NCBI RefSeq assembly: GCF_030144855.1
Contig: NC_082708.1
Span: forward strand, 87,730,001 to 87,794,000
Length of the DNA stretch: 64,000 nucleotides
Reading direction: 5' to 3'
Source: Hypanus sabinus
Taxonomy: Eukaryota
Each line of letters opens with the position of its first letter. The stretch's first letter is position 1. Of the stretch, positions 38,671-51,750 are shown one piece after another. The notes below the pieces were generated by a model. It did no database searches. It was not told the DNA's origin and worked only from the letters and a program-made list of their open reading frames with translations. A program made the position numbers and the translations under genes.

Positions 38671-40789
38671 CCACTGACAAGATTTCTGACGAGGAGTGAT
38701 TTAGTGGAAATGACAGGAATTCTGAGTACTGATATAATTTTATTTAGCATTGCAATAATGAATAGCAAGGGCAGATTTGTGTTTTGGGTGAAATATATTT
38801 GTGGCAGTTTGGTCTGAAAAATATTTATAAATGAGACTGAAGAGTTTAGCCAGACAATTTTCCACTCTCTACTCAAATATCCTCCCCAAAGCAGCATTAC
38901 CACCACTACTATCAAACATCCATAAATATCTATATCTATGTATATCTCTACCTATATAAATATAAAAGAAAAGTGAATGTGCCATAACCAGAATTCTACA
39001 TATAAAAATAAAAGGGAATAAGGAACATACGCTGGTTTGGCACTGTCTTTCATTAATCCATTCACTGAAATAATCATTGTTTGCTTCATTGAGTTGAATA
39101 TTTATAAAATTGACACTGAAGATTTAAAGTGTGTACATCCTTTGATAATTTCAGGTGGATAAATACACAAGAGTATAAAAGACCAGTAAAAGGTATGCTG
39201 AATGGATTTCCCATTGTGCTTGATAGAAAGGTAAATAATAAAAAAATAACAGCAGACAAAAACATCTTTTATTCAGTAAGAAAACATTAGCAGATGCACA
39301 ATTAACAGCACAGAAAACCATATTTTTAAAATTATACACTGTAAAGAGGCATACTGAAGTAAAAGAAATCCATTATAATGAGTAGCATAGATAATCAAAT
39401 AGGAAATTATTTTGCACAGGAAAAAAGGAGAAATTTGCCCTGGGGTAGCTTTAGGCTATATTTATTTGTGTAATCATTTAACTGAGAACGCACTGGTGAT
39501 GTACTCATACAATATGAATGTACTAATTATATGATAAAATAGATTAAATACTTTGCAAATATTTACTGCTAGACAGAGTCAATCTTAAACCATTTTCTAG
39601 GATTCCAAATATAGACTTTGCTTCCATCAGGCTGCATTATTTATCCAGTTTCTAATACTATATAGTCAGGGCTGAGATGAATACAATCTTAAAGTTAAGC
39701 ATAGAGCCTTTCTCGCATAAACATCAAAATTCCACGGAGTCACATTCAAGTTTGATATTACAGACATGTACAGCATCCAATCTATTGTGATTCTATTACA
39801 CAAAATGGATCCACAAAGCTGGAGCCCAGCTGCATCCCTGTGCTTGCAATCAACAGCCAAATGGATGATTTGTTTTGTCAGTTCTCATATGGGCTGCTTG
39901 GTGAGGTATCTAGCATGAGGGAAAGTTTATAATTTGATCAAGCTTTCATTTTTATTTCCCCGAAAAGCCTAAGCACTGACAAAAAGACAGTACCCAATTT
40001 TATTCAGTGATCTAATGTGTGTATTGGTGTACAGGAATATTTAAACTTCATTTTAATACAGTACATTCTGCAGGTCTTTTAGTTTTGCTTAATAGAACTG
40101 GAGCTATCCATTGACTTAATTGGACCTTTGTATTTCCATATCACTGTGGCTGGGCCTAACTTAAATGAAGTTTGTGAGCTCCCGTAGCTAATGGTGGGAG
40201 ATCAGAACAATCCGGATGGGGATTTTATTTAAAGCAGATCTGCAGTTGTTTAAAGTGAAGGTGGATTAAAGAGAACAATTTTCTGAAGCTACAAGCAGTG
40301 TGATGTCACTCCTATCTTGGTGAAATTTCTTAAATAATATCTGAATTACCAAAAAGAAAAGCAGGAGCTTGGTATTCCGATTAGTATTGTTCTCATTGTC
40401 TGGTGTAATTGCAGGGAAACCATCATTCTTTCACAGGCCCCGAGAGTTAACATTAAAGTTATAATTATGGACTTAGAAATTCAAAAAAGCCAATAAACAA
40501 CTGCAGAGGATGGAAATCTGAAATAAAAACAGATGCAGGTCAAACATCGTCTAAAGGAACAGATTTAGGCCGAGAAATTCAATTGACCTTAGCACTGCAC
40601 AAATTAAAATAGACATTCCCAAAAACAATCATGGAGAGATTTATGACCCTCCCAGACTGAATGTGCACCAGTTTTTTGGCTGCTTTGTCATATGCAGTCA
40701 ATAGAATGACTGCATTCAACATCCAAACCCAAAATTATTCTGCTGTATGAAAAGAAAAGAGATTTACTAGTTACTGCAGCATTATTGAG

Positions 40790-41070
40790 GGCACAGAAGC
40801 TCCATACTCTTCCAGAGTATCCATCCTTCATACAGAGGCTGCATCCTTCTTGGGGGTTCCTTCTCCCTCCAGGGGGTTCCGACTCCATCCAAAGGGTTCA
40901 TGCCTCTTACAGAAGCTTCATACTCATTCCAGAGGCTCCATTCTCCAACCAGAGGCTGCAGACTCCTTGCAAAGGGTTTGTTCTCCTTACAGAGGCTCCA
41001 TATTTCTGACAGAGACTCCATACTTCATCCAGAGACTCCATACTCCTTACAAATGTGTACTCCTTACACA
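40790..41070. repeat. Degenerate minisatellite, about 21-bp unit (cagaggctccatactccttac-like)
   Basis: Repeated cagaggct/cagagact-ccatactc motifs, roughly a dozen copies. Confidence 0.85.
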
Positions 41071-41094
41071 CTCAATGTTTTAGATGATGCTGCA

Positions 41095-41245
41095 CCATCA
41101 GATTTCTGCATGGTCTCTGAACCTCATTGTTCCTTTCTTTGCACCATTTATTTATTGTGTAATTTTATGTCTTTGCACTGAGCTGTTGCTGCAACACAAC
41201 ACATTTTAAACTATATGTCAGTTACAATAAAACTGATTCTGATAT
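41095..41245 (+). mobile_element. Rex-Babar-type 3' tail
   Basis: atgtctttgcactgagctgttgctgcaacacaac...atatgtcagttacaataaaactgattctgat. Confidence 0.55.
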
Positions 41246-41911
41246 CAATGCCTTTCAGATAATGCTTGCTTGTTTGCCCTCTTAATGAAGGGGCATGTGG
41301 AATTCAGAAGGATTGATGGAAGAGTTACAAAATTCACACTTTAGGTACAAAATTAATAACTCAAAAAAAACTTTAACATCATCTGAAAATGTAATTTGTT
41401 ACTTAACAGAGATGTAACCCTTACTTCAAACACAGTTACTCTGAGATCAGTTCAACCTTGAATCCAAAATGGTACTGACTTAGCACTGGTTGAAAAAGTG
41501 CTTTTATGCTTTTATGCTTTTTATGCTTCTTTCTTAACTGCATAACTAGTGTCCAGGCAGTAGGTAGCATGACTTCTGCAGTTCAAATTAGAAATGACTT
41601 TAGAAACTACACTCACTTTGCCTGAAACATTAGGGAATAAAATCAGCTTGAAGTCTCAGTAATGAACCATCGTGCTTAGATGAGCAACTTGATCTTAAAA
41701 CTCCATGGCATAGCTCAGAGCTTTGTGCAAAAATCATATCTGTAGAGTGAGAACTTTCAGAAAATTACAGCTAATAACAAGATAGAGGCTGACACTTAAC
41801 ATCTTCAAGTAGAATTTTTTATACTTCCAAGTTAAATTGCTGTTTATTAAATGTCTTTGGAAATGTTAAAATAAAGCATGTACCAGCTAGGGAATAAAAC
41901 AGAAAAAAATT

Positions 41912-42142
41912 TATAGACATACAGCACAGTAACAGGCCTTTCCAGCTGAACAAGTCTATGGTGCCCAATAACCCCCACATGACCAATTAACCTACTAACC
42001 CATAGGTCTTTGGATGTGGGAGGAAACCAGAGCACCAGAAGAAAAGTTATACTGCCACTTTGACAATGTAAGAATGGCGGGAATTAAACTCGAGCCGCTT
42101 GCGCTGTGAAGCATAATGCTCACCATCTCATTACTGTGCCTC
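41912..42142 (-). mobile_element. V-SINE/HE1-like tRNA-derived SINE
   Basis: Minus-strand head ggcacagta...cttcacagcgc...ctcgagtttaattcccgcc (B-box-like), core gctctggtttcctcccacatccaaagac, and CR1-like tail aaggcctgttactgtgctgtat. Confidence 0.8.
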
Positions 42143-42857
42143 CTCACCATTTATTCCATACAGCAACAATTTTCCAGTCTTGAAAACTTTCTTACAAATC
42201 TCTGCACCATTTTCAGTCCAATTGCATATTTTGTGTAGAGTAGTTTTGTGACATGACAGTATTGTATATGGTTAGAGCACAATCTCCATGTTCTCATATT
42301 CTTTGTTTTGCCAAAAGGAAAGCATTTGGTATGTGATTTTAACTGTTTTATTGAATTGTCATCCCATTTCTGGAGCCGCTGCTGTAGCACCAGTATCAAT
42401 ATGCATTATGTGCCAAAACAGTCAGCAGTTTCCTTCTTCCTTTGTAACACTTATGCATCAATTTAATAAATACATCTTAGGCTATCAACCTACCCTACCC
42501 TCCAAATGTGTTGATACCTGGAACTGTTAATGTTTTGTTGTGTTTTATCTTCAGTGCAACTTCCATGCTTTTAAGGGGCATCCTGGACCACTGTTTTTCT
42601 CTATTTTGGATTCATTATTCTGGTAACATTTATTTGATTATTATTTATATGCAATATCTTCAAAATCGTACTATTCAAATAGGTTGCAAAAATATTGTGA
42701 TCGTAGATCTTATATGAAACTACGCTCTCAGAAACGCAATCCCTTAAATTATTAGAGGTGGCTACCTTTTGGATGAATCAGGCTGAAGGTATCAGGGGTT
42801 CTTTTTAACGCTACTTAGAATAATTTTCGGGTAAGCTGCCAATGGTTTAAAATGACA

Positions 42858-43290
42858 TACTTTTATTATCAAAGTATGTATGCCATTACAACTTGAGATT
42901 AATCTTTTTGCAGACAGCCACAAGACAAAGAATCACAATAGAATCCTCACAAAAATAACACACACAACAAAGACTATCAAGCAACCAACATGCAAAGAAA
43001 AGAACCAATCATGCAAACGATAAAAACGTAAACAGACAGAACATGAAATTCAGGGTCCCAAAAGTGAGTCCTTATCTACATAACCAGTTAGTGCTGAGGC
43101 GAATCCACCCAGTTCAGGAGCCTGATGGCTGCAAGCCACATCGGCAGAATCAGTTCCGTGCTGAGATGAGTAAAGCTAGGTCAGGAGCTCAATGGCTGCC
43201 AGACAACAACTGCTCTCAGACCTGGTTGTGTGCACCCAAGATTCCTGCACCTCCTGCCCAGTGGTAGTTCTCTGCTTCTTAAAACTGCCT
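42858..43290 (-). mobile_element. Rex-Babar 3' end fragment
   Basis: tttattatcaaagtatgtatg..acaacttgagatt (reverse-complement tail); ccagttcaggagcctgatggctg; acctcctgcccagtggtag (LPLGRR on the minus strand). Confidence 0.65.
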
Positions 43291-44949
43291 CGATGTTGTT
43301 TGGTTAACTTCTGAGACTGAATTGATATTTTAGCGCTATTAATTGCTGAGTTCGTCCAGAACATAATTTTAATGATAATGTATTGACCAAATCTTTGTGT
43401 TTAAAGCCACCTATCCAGCCCAGTGTAATTTGAAAGTCTTGTGAAACACTGACTCCAGTTTCTTTGTCTTTTACAAGATTGCCATTTGTCATCAATAAGA
43501 GGTGATGTCTACAGTCTTTACTGATTAATGTTACCAGCAGTCCTTCTGAGGTGCTATTCATAAAATGTTTATGTGATACTTTTTCGATTCAGATAGAATA
43601 TACAAAATCAGTGACATTGAATTTCAAGAATAGCTTAAAGCAGGAGACAGTGAATTTTATACCCCATTCAATTTCTTATTCGGTTGATGGAGTACATGTT
43701 GCTTTAATATTTTCTTGTGTTCTTCTTTCTCAAGTTAACTAAAAATAATTGCTGATTGTGTTATTTGACGTGCACTATTATTTCCATTAAGATTTGAGAA
43801 GATCTGACAGTAACTCTCATCCCAAGTAAGAGTAGAATTCAGATTCTGGAATTCAATGTAGAATTCAATGAAACGTTTAGCAGCAATTCACAGACACACA
43901 AAAAAACTGTATTAACTTGAGAGATGACTTTTAGAGAGAAGATATTTAAAAATGGACAAGCTAAAAACAATTTAACATGTTTCAGAACATATCTTAGAAA
44001 ATGGACTGTGTCTTGAATTATTTAATACACAACTCCATTTTGTAGGCAGCATTTATTACGTAGGTGAAATGGTTCTTTGGATGATTATAGTGGAAGAGTG
44101 ATGGATTAAGGATGCTCTCTTCCACTGTGAAGCATTTCAATGCAGAAGACAGGAAATCTATCATTTTGCTGTGCTCAATTTATATATAATGTGTGTTGGT
44201 GACCAGTGTCACTTTACACTGATCCTTCTGGATTCAGCTCGACTGATCTATAAAGGTTACGTAATTACCTTCAAATGATCCTTCAAGGAACATAAAAGTG
44301 CGGATGATCTATATCAAGATAAGCCCATGTTAGACTGCATATTGCAGGAAGATGTCTGTTCCACCTAACAATACACTACTAATTAATTAGAAGAAGCTGA
44401 GCTATGAATAACTGTCGATTTAAGTAGACACATTAAAGAATACTGATGCACAAATAAGTATTCACAGGATGTTATTGGATGGAGTAATGGGAATTTTTGT
44501 CATCTCATTTTTTGCACTATTTTCTCAGACATGGTCCTTACTGCAGCCTTAACTGATCAGGGTGAATACAAATCCTCCACCAATATAATAACACTGATTC
44601 AAAATATGATTTCCTCATCATATACAGGATTAATAACATTGATACCTTGACATTCTGGAGAAACACAGTTATGGGAAGCTTAACTCAATCATTTCTAAGC
44701 CACTATTCAATCTGATTAAAAATATAAATCTAAATTTCTTAAAGAATGTGCAGATATAACTTGAGCATGTCCCAAAGCTTTTCACAGTCCAGGAAATATT
44801 TTGAAGTCTTGCTCTTATTTTAAGGCAGAGAAATCAGAAAATTTGCTTACCTTGTAGAACATAACAAATGATAACACAATAACAATAGACTGACTTGTTG
44901 CTTATTCATCTCGACAATGTGAGCACCTCATCAAACTGAATGGAACTAA

Positions 44950-45915
44950 CAATTCAAATAGATACCAGTGAAAGCCAATGAAGATAGAGGTGAAGGCTAT
45001 TTCTATGGACTTTTCAGAGTGTGCTTGATAAATTCTTATACAATTGGCTGCTTAAGAACACACATGAAATTAAAGAGCTAGGACACAGTGAACAGAACAT
45101 CAAATTAATGCAGAGATGGAAGATGTAGCCTGGCAGACAAGTGGCTTTCCATTGCATCAATGCTGTGGTCACTGCATTTTATTTGATAATTGTTTAGTTA
45201 TTGGTGTGTGGGGCAGTAACCTTTCAACTTTGTGGATGACAAGGCTGGGAGGTGTGGTAAACAAGGAAGAAAGTTGTTAATGTCAGAGCTAGGGTAGCAG
45301 AATGGGCAGTCAAGTTGTAGATGAAACTCAATACAGTTAAGTTTAAAGTGGTATAAAAACATGGGAATTGCAGGTATTCTAAAGAGGTATAATAGAGGGA
45401 ACTTTTGTGCACATGTAGAAATAATTGAAAATGGCAAGGTGTGCACAAGAATGTTTGCATTGGGTATTTGGGTTTCAATGAGTCATAAGTAGAGGTACTG
45501 AAGGAGATAAATATGAACCTTTTTTAAAGAGGCTAGGCGCAACTGAAGTATTCCATCTAGCTCTTGTCATCACACTTTTTGAAGTATGAGAAGTTACAAG
45601 AGAAAGTGTAAAAAGATTTACTGGAATTGTTCCAGCAATGAGAATTTAGTTGGAAGAAGGTTGTATTCTCCACAGAATGGTGAATGCTTGAAAGAGATTT
45701 GATGGAGACATTTGAATCTTGACTGGTTTAGCTGAAATGAGCAGAGGAAAGATGCCCATATTAGTCTAAGAGTATAAAGGGAATGAAACAGGAGTAATCA
45801 CAATGGAACTGGATAAGCACTTGACAGAAAATAATTTGCAGAATTATGAAGAAAGAGAAGTGAAATGAAATTGATGTGGTTCTTCAAACAGACATAATGG
45901 GCTAAGTGGATTATT
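44950..45915 (+). mobile_element. Ancient, highly degenerate CR1 RT to 3' end
   Basis: Remnants tatggacttttcag, aactttgtggatgacaaaggctgggagg, gaatgggcag..gtagatgaaactcaata and aatgggctaagtgg. Confidence 0.6.
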
Positions 45916-46814
45916 TCTATATTTGAATGACCTGATGATGTTTTATTCATAATTTAGCTGTTATTTCTTTCTAATGAGTTTCAAAATTCACCCTCAAGCA
46001 TAGATGAAGGTAAAAAAAAGAAAACTTCCATTGATATTGTTTGATAACTTAAAGATTTCCTGAAGTGTTTTGAGGCGAATGTGCTTTGGAAATGTTAGTG
46101 TTCTATATCAAAATGCAGCATCCTATTTATTGATAGTGAACTCCCAAAAACAAGTGGTCTGTTTCAGAGCTGCTTTGCAAATATTGTCTGCTGCCAACCA
46201 ATCAATAATCATCAACAACCCATTCTCAACTTCCCCTCCCTACCTCTATCCCAGCTCCTGCTGGCTTGCCCATGTTCTTCTCCCTAGCCAGTGAATTGCC
46301 AAGGAGATTGTGCTTGCCTGCTGTTGAAGTCTACACTTCACAGAGGCACAGCTGCCCACAAAACATATTTTGTGCTCCTTTGTTCAAAACAGTCTGAAAT
46401 ATTTAAAATGATATGATTCTCTAGAGAAGAAAGACTGGTTCAATACTCACTTTGATTCTTCATATTCTAAAAATGATGGAAGGTATACTTATTAGTCTCC
46501 ACTGCTTAAGTGTTAAGTTGCATAGTTCATTGAGGCAAGAAAAGGCATGTTTTTAACTTATGCTACTACAGCTCATCCTTCAATTTGTTTATGATGTGTG
46601 TGAACAGCACTGCTAAGTTCTCTCTTGTTTTGAATTCTGTTCTCTAAATCTTGAGAAACACTGATCAAAGTTCACTTCCCCTGTAATTCTTTAAGGAAAA
46701 TACACACTATTCCACCACATACATTCAGTGGAGCAAAACTAGCACTGAGACATTTAGAGGCTGAAGGTCTGCACTCAGGACATGGCTAAAATATTTACAG
46801 CAAAGCATTTAATT

Positions 46815-48260
46815 TATAGAAACATAGAAAATCTACAACGTTGTGCCAACCATATAGAAGCTGCCTAGAATTTCCCTACTGCACAGCCCTCTATTTTTCT
46901 AAGCTCTATGCACCTATCTAAATATCTCATAAAAGACCCTACTGTATCCAACTCTGTGACCTTCACTGGCAGTGAATTCCACACACCCACCACACTCTGT
47001 GTGAAAAGCTTTCATCTGACATCCCCCTTCTACTACCTCCAAACACCTTAAAACTATGCGCCTTCCTGTTAGCCATTTCGGCCCTGGGAAAATGCCTCTG
47101 GCTAACCACATGATCAATGCTCCTCATCATCTTATACACCTCTATCAGGTCATCTTTCATCCTCCGTCACTCCAAGAAGAAAAGGCCAAGTTCACTTAAC
47201 CTATTCTCATAAGTACGCACTCCAATCCAGGCAACATCCATGTACTCCTCTGTACTCTCACTATAGTATCCACATCCTTCCTGTAATGAGGTAACCAAAA
47301 CTGAATACAGTACTCTAAGTGGGGTCTAACTAAGGTCTTATATAGCTGCAACATTATCTCACAGCTCTTAAACTCAATGCTACAGTTGATGAAGGCCAAC
47401 ACACCATACGCCTTCTTAACAACACTGTCAACCTGTGCAGCAGCTTTGAGTATCCTATGGATATGGACCCCAAGATCTCACTGATCCTCCTGACTGCCAA
47501 GAGTCTTACCATTAATCTGTCTTCAAATTTGACCTACTGAAATTAACTACTTCAAACTTATCCGTGTTGAACTCCATCTGCCACTTCTCAGCCCAGTTCT
47601 GCATCCTATTGATATCACAATATGACCTCTGACAACTCTCCAGACTATCCACAACACCTTCAACTTCTGCATTATCAGCAAACTTACTAACTTACCCTTC
47701 TACTTTTTCATCCAAGTCATTTATAAAAACCACAAAGAGCAGGGGTCCCAGAACAGATCCCTGTGGAACACCACTGGCCTCCGACCTCCATGCAGAATAT
47801 GAACCATCTATAACCACACTTTGCCTTCTGTGGTCTAGCCAATTCTGGATCAACAAAGCAAGATCTCCTTGGATACCCTGCCTCATTACTTTCTGAATGA
47901 GCCTCGCATGGGTAACCTTATCAAATGTCTTAATGAAATCCATATACACTACAGCCACTGCTCTACCATCATCAATGTGTTGTGTTACACCCTCAAAGAA
48001 TTCACTCAGGTTCAAAAGGCATGATCTGCCCTTGACAAAGCCATGATGACTATCTCTAATCAGATTACATCTCTCCAAATGCTCAGAAATTTTGCCTCTC
48101 AGGATATTCTCCAACAACTTGTCCACCACTGAATTAAAACTCACTGGCCTATAGTTTCCAGGGTTATTTCTACTCCCTTTCTTGAACAAGGAAACACTGT
48201 TTGCAACCTTCCAGTCCTCTGGTACTTCTCACATCCCTATTGATAATGCAAAGATCATTT
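46815..48260 (-). mobile_element. 5'-truncated CR1 LINE
   Basis: ORFs 47692..48189 (RT), 47196..47402 (LVRPHLEYC) and 46963..47160. Tail atagaaacatagaaa at about 46817. Confidence 0.93.
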
Positions 48261-48589
48261 TTTACATCTCAGGAAGCTTATCTTTTACATCTCAGGAAAA
48301 TCTCATTGAATTTTTGATTATTTATATCAATAAATATCAATTTAACTACAAAATGATTATATTTCCATATCTGAAGGTGTTTTTAGGACTCCCATGCCTT
48401 GTTGAGACTGGCACTGGAAATAAACAAGGTCCACGCTTCTGGATTGTAACCATTTGTCAAATGTCATGGCGTCTATTATCAATTTCCGACTATGTTTGGA
48501 ACACTGTGTCTAGTGCTGAGGCAAGTGGAAATCTCGGCTCTGATTGTAACTTGTCCTAACTGATAAAAACTGAAGTAGAATTTAAAATG

Positions 48590-49022
48590 AGGAATGAGAA
48601 AAACAAACTGCTGAAAGAACTCAGTGGGTCAGGGAAAAAGAATTGTTGATGTTTCAGGCTAAAACCCAATATATGTGGAGTCTTAACCTATGAAATCAGC
48701 AACTCTTTTCCCCACACAAAATGTTGCCTGATTGATGCACCATCAATAACACTCAGAGACGGGAGGCGAACAATAGGCTTTTATTAGCTGCAAGAGACTA
48801 CAGTTAGTAGCAAGAGACCACCACACAACATCCTGGAGACTGAGGGGGGGAGCAGTGCCTCCAACCGCCTTTATACAGGGGTCTGTGGGAGGAGTCACAG
48901 GAGCAGTCAGCAGAGGGGCGTGTCCAGACAGGTATATGTTGTTCAACACACCGACCAATTGAGTTCTTTCAGCAGTTAGTTTTTCATTTCTTATTCCAGC
49001 ATCTGCATTCTCCTGTGTTTCT
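48590..49022. repeat. Palindromic PLE terminal-repeat remnant interrupted by a solo LTR
   Basis: aactgctgaaagaactca (about 48607) pairs with tgagttctttcagcagtt (about 48960). ttccagcatctgca matches the family B end. Confidence 0.65.
48733..48950 (-). mobile_element. Short solo LTR (218 bp)
   Basis: TG...CA termini; TATAAA (about 48870-48875) and AATAAA (about 48780) on the minus strand; degenerate 5-bp TSD ctgat/ccgac. Confidence 0.8.
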
Positions 49023-49164
49023 ATTTAAAATGAGAATGTTCACTAGTAATCCTTTGAGCCATGTCATGGCAGTAAGTTGTTATCTCAATGAGGGATGTAA
49101 GCAGACAACAGGTGAGTCCTATTTAAAGGACCTTTAGAACTTAATCTATCACTTTGGTTGAATG

Positions 49165-50140
49165 TCTGAATGGGAGAGGAGTTACAAGGGATTTAAAGAA
49201 GAAGCTGGTAATCCTTGGTGTTAATATTGACAGCAAGTTGGTGTGGGATAAACACCTTTCCACTATTTCAAACAAGGCTGGACAAACGCTTGGAGCTCTG
49301 CGGAAAGTAACATCCAAACTAGACAGAGAGGGCAGAGCCACGGTTCACAAAGCCCAGGTACGAAGTATCATGGAGTTTGCCTGCTTATCATGGATGAATG
49401 CTTCACAGAGTGTCCTCAGACAGCTCAATTCCATTCAAAGAAAGGCTCTCAGGATTACAGGTGTAGATGAAGCCACAGTTCATGAGAAATTAGCCATCAG
49501 TAGCGTACACCACAGATGACAGGTTGCTGCAGCTACTGTGCGATACAAAATGCACACCAGCCACAGCCCTGCAGACCTTGGCGCCATGCTGCCTTCATCT
49601 TATGAGAGACGGTGCACCACACGGTCAAGTTTATCTATGCCTGTTCATGCTGTTTCTGTCCCTGATGCGAGAGCCTACACTCTGAATAGACTCTGGATAG
49701 AAGCTTCCCTCACTGTGCTATCAGAATTTGGAACAGCCTTCCAGATGCTGTGGTTGGAAACATCTGCGACGATGGGGGTCCAAGCCTTCAAGAGTCGAGT
49801 GCACGAACACCTACCGTCTCTGGGAGGGAAGTCATGTGCTTCTTCATAAGCTATCATGAAGGAGACCAGGATGGCAATGCTTGGTTGTTGGCAGGTAGGG
49901 TTAATACTTGACTTTCAAGAGCACTTGTGAGTTATGTTCTGGCTGGACTTATCATTAAACTGCTGGAGAACAGTGCAGAAGGATCAGGTGCTGGTTTCTC
50001 CCGGTAGGGATTAGCTTTTAGTTCCAAGCGCTCCTGTCACGTTTTGTCACCCTGTGACCTTATCCTTCAATCTCTCTGAATCATGGAGAAACAGCATGTG
50101 TATAAATATCTCTCTTCAGCAGACTTCATCATGATCATCA
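49165..50140 (+). mobile_element. 5'-truncated CR1-group LINE of a divergent lineage (ORF2 C-terminus + 3' UTR)
   Basis: ILGVNIDSKLVWDKH..KAGQTLGALRK..KAQVRSIMEFACLSW..LNSIQRKALR..RIWNSLP..QAFKSRV. Confidence 0.8.
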
Positions 50141-50219
50141 TGACTCCAGCATTTCTACTATTTTTTTTAATGTTTCGTAATTGTACTTATGATTTTTTTG
50201 AGTTCTATCGCTGAGCAGC

Positions 50220-51750
50220 AGTGAACCCAAGAAATAGTGGATGCATTAGTGATAATTTTTCAAAACTCCTTAGATTCTGGATTAGTTCCTGAGGATTGGA
50301 CGGTGGCTAATGTAACCCCACTTTTTAAAAAAGGAGGGAGAGAGAAACCAGGGAATTATAGTTAGTCTGACATTGATGGTGGGGAAAATGCTAGAGTCGG
50401 TATCAAAGATGTGATAACAGCACATTTGGAAAGCGGTGAAATCATCAAACAAAGTCAGCATGGATTTGTGAAAGGAAAATCATGTCTGACGAATATTATA
50501 GAATTTTTTGAAGATGTAACTAGTAGAGTGGATGGGGAGAGCCAGTGGATATGGTATATTTAGATTTTCAAAAGGCTTTTGACAAGGTCCCACACAGGAG
50601 ATTAGTGTGCAAACTTAAAGCACACGGTATTGGGGGTATGGTATTGATGTGGATAGAGAATTGGTTGGCAGACAGGAAGCAAAGAGTGGGAGTAAATGGG
50701 ATCTTTTCAGAATGGCAGGCAGTGACTAGTGGGGTACCACAAGGCTCAGTGCTAGGACCCCAGTTATTTACAATATATATTAATGATTTAGATGAAGGAA
50801 TTAATTGCAGCATCTCCAAGTTTGCGGATGACATGAAGCTGGGTGGTGGTGTTAGCTGTGAGGAGGATGCTAAGAGGATGCAGGGTGACTTGTATAGGAT
50901 AGGCAAATTCATGGCAGATACAATTTAATGTGGATAAATGTGAGGTTATCCACTTTGGTTGCAAGAACAGGAAAACAGATTATTATCTGAATGACGGCCG
51001 ATTAGGAAAAGGGGAGATGCAATGAGACCTGGGTGTCATTGTACACCAGTCATTGAAGGTGGGCATGCAGGTACAGAGGGCGGTGAAAAAGGCAAATGGT
51101 ATGTTGGCATTCATAGCAAAAGGATTTGAGTACAGGAGCAGGGAGGTTCTACTGCAGTTGTACAAGGCCTTGGTGAGACCGCACCTAGAATATTGTGTGC
51201 AGTTTTGGTCCCCTAATCTGAGGAAAGACATTCTTGCCATAGAGGGAATACAGAGAAGGTTCACCTGATTGATTCCTGGGATGGCAGGACTTTCATATGA
51301 AGAAAGACTGGATCGACTAAGCTTATACTCACTGGAATTTAGAAGATTGAGGGGGGATCTTATTGAAATGTATAAAATTCTAAAGGGATTGAACAGGCTT
51401 GATGCAGGAAGGTTGTTTCCAATATTGGGGAAGTCCAGAATGAGGGGTCACAGTTTAAGGATTAAGGAGAAGCCTTTTTGGACAGAGATGAGGAAAAACT
51501 TCTTCACACAGAAAGTGGTGAATCTGTGGAATTCTCTGTCACAGGAATCAGTTGAGGCCGGCTCATTGGCTATACTTAAGAGGAAATTAGATATGGCCCT
51601 TGTGGCTAAAGGGATCAGGGGATATGGAGAGAAAGCAGGTACAGGGTTCTGAGTTGGATGATCAGCCATGATCATACTGAACGGCGGTGCAGGCTCGAAG
51701 GGCCGAATGGCCTACTCCTGCACCTATTTTCTATGTTTCTATGTTTCTAT
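50220..51750 (+). mobile_element. 5'-truncated CR1 LINE, relatively young
   Basis: ORFs 50545..50928, 51053..51268 and 51269..51652; tail (ttctatgt)n. Confidence 0.95.

Noticed and set aside
40688-41181. Multiple ORFs and a CRISPR-like periodicity
   Set aside because: A degenerate 21-bp minisatellite without unique spacers or cas genes, in a eukaryotic context.
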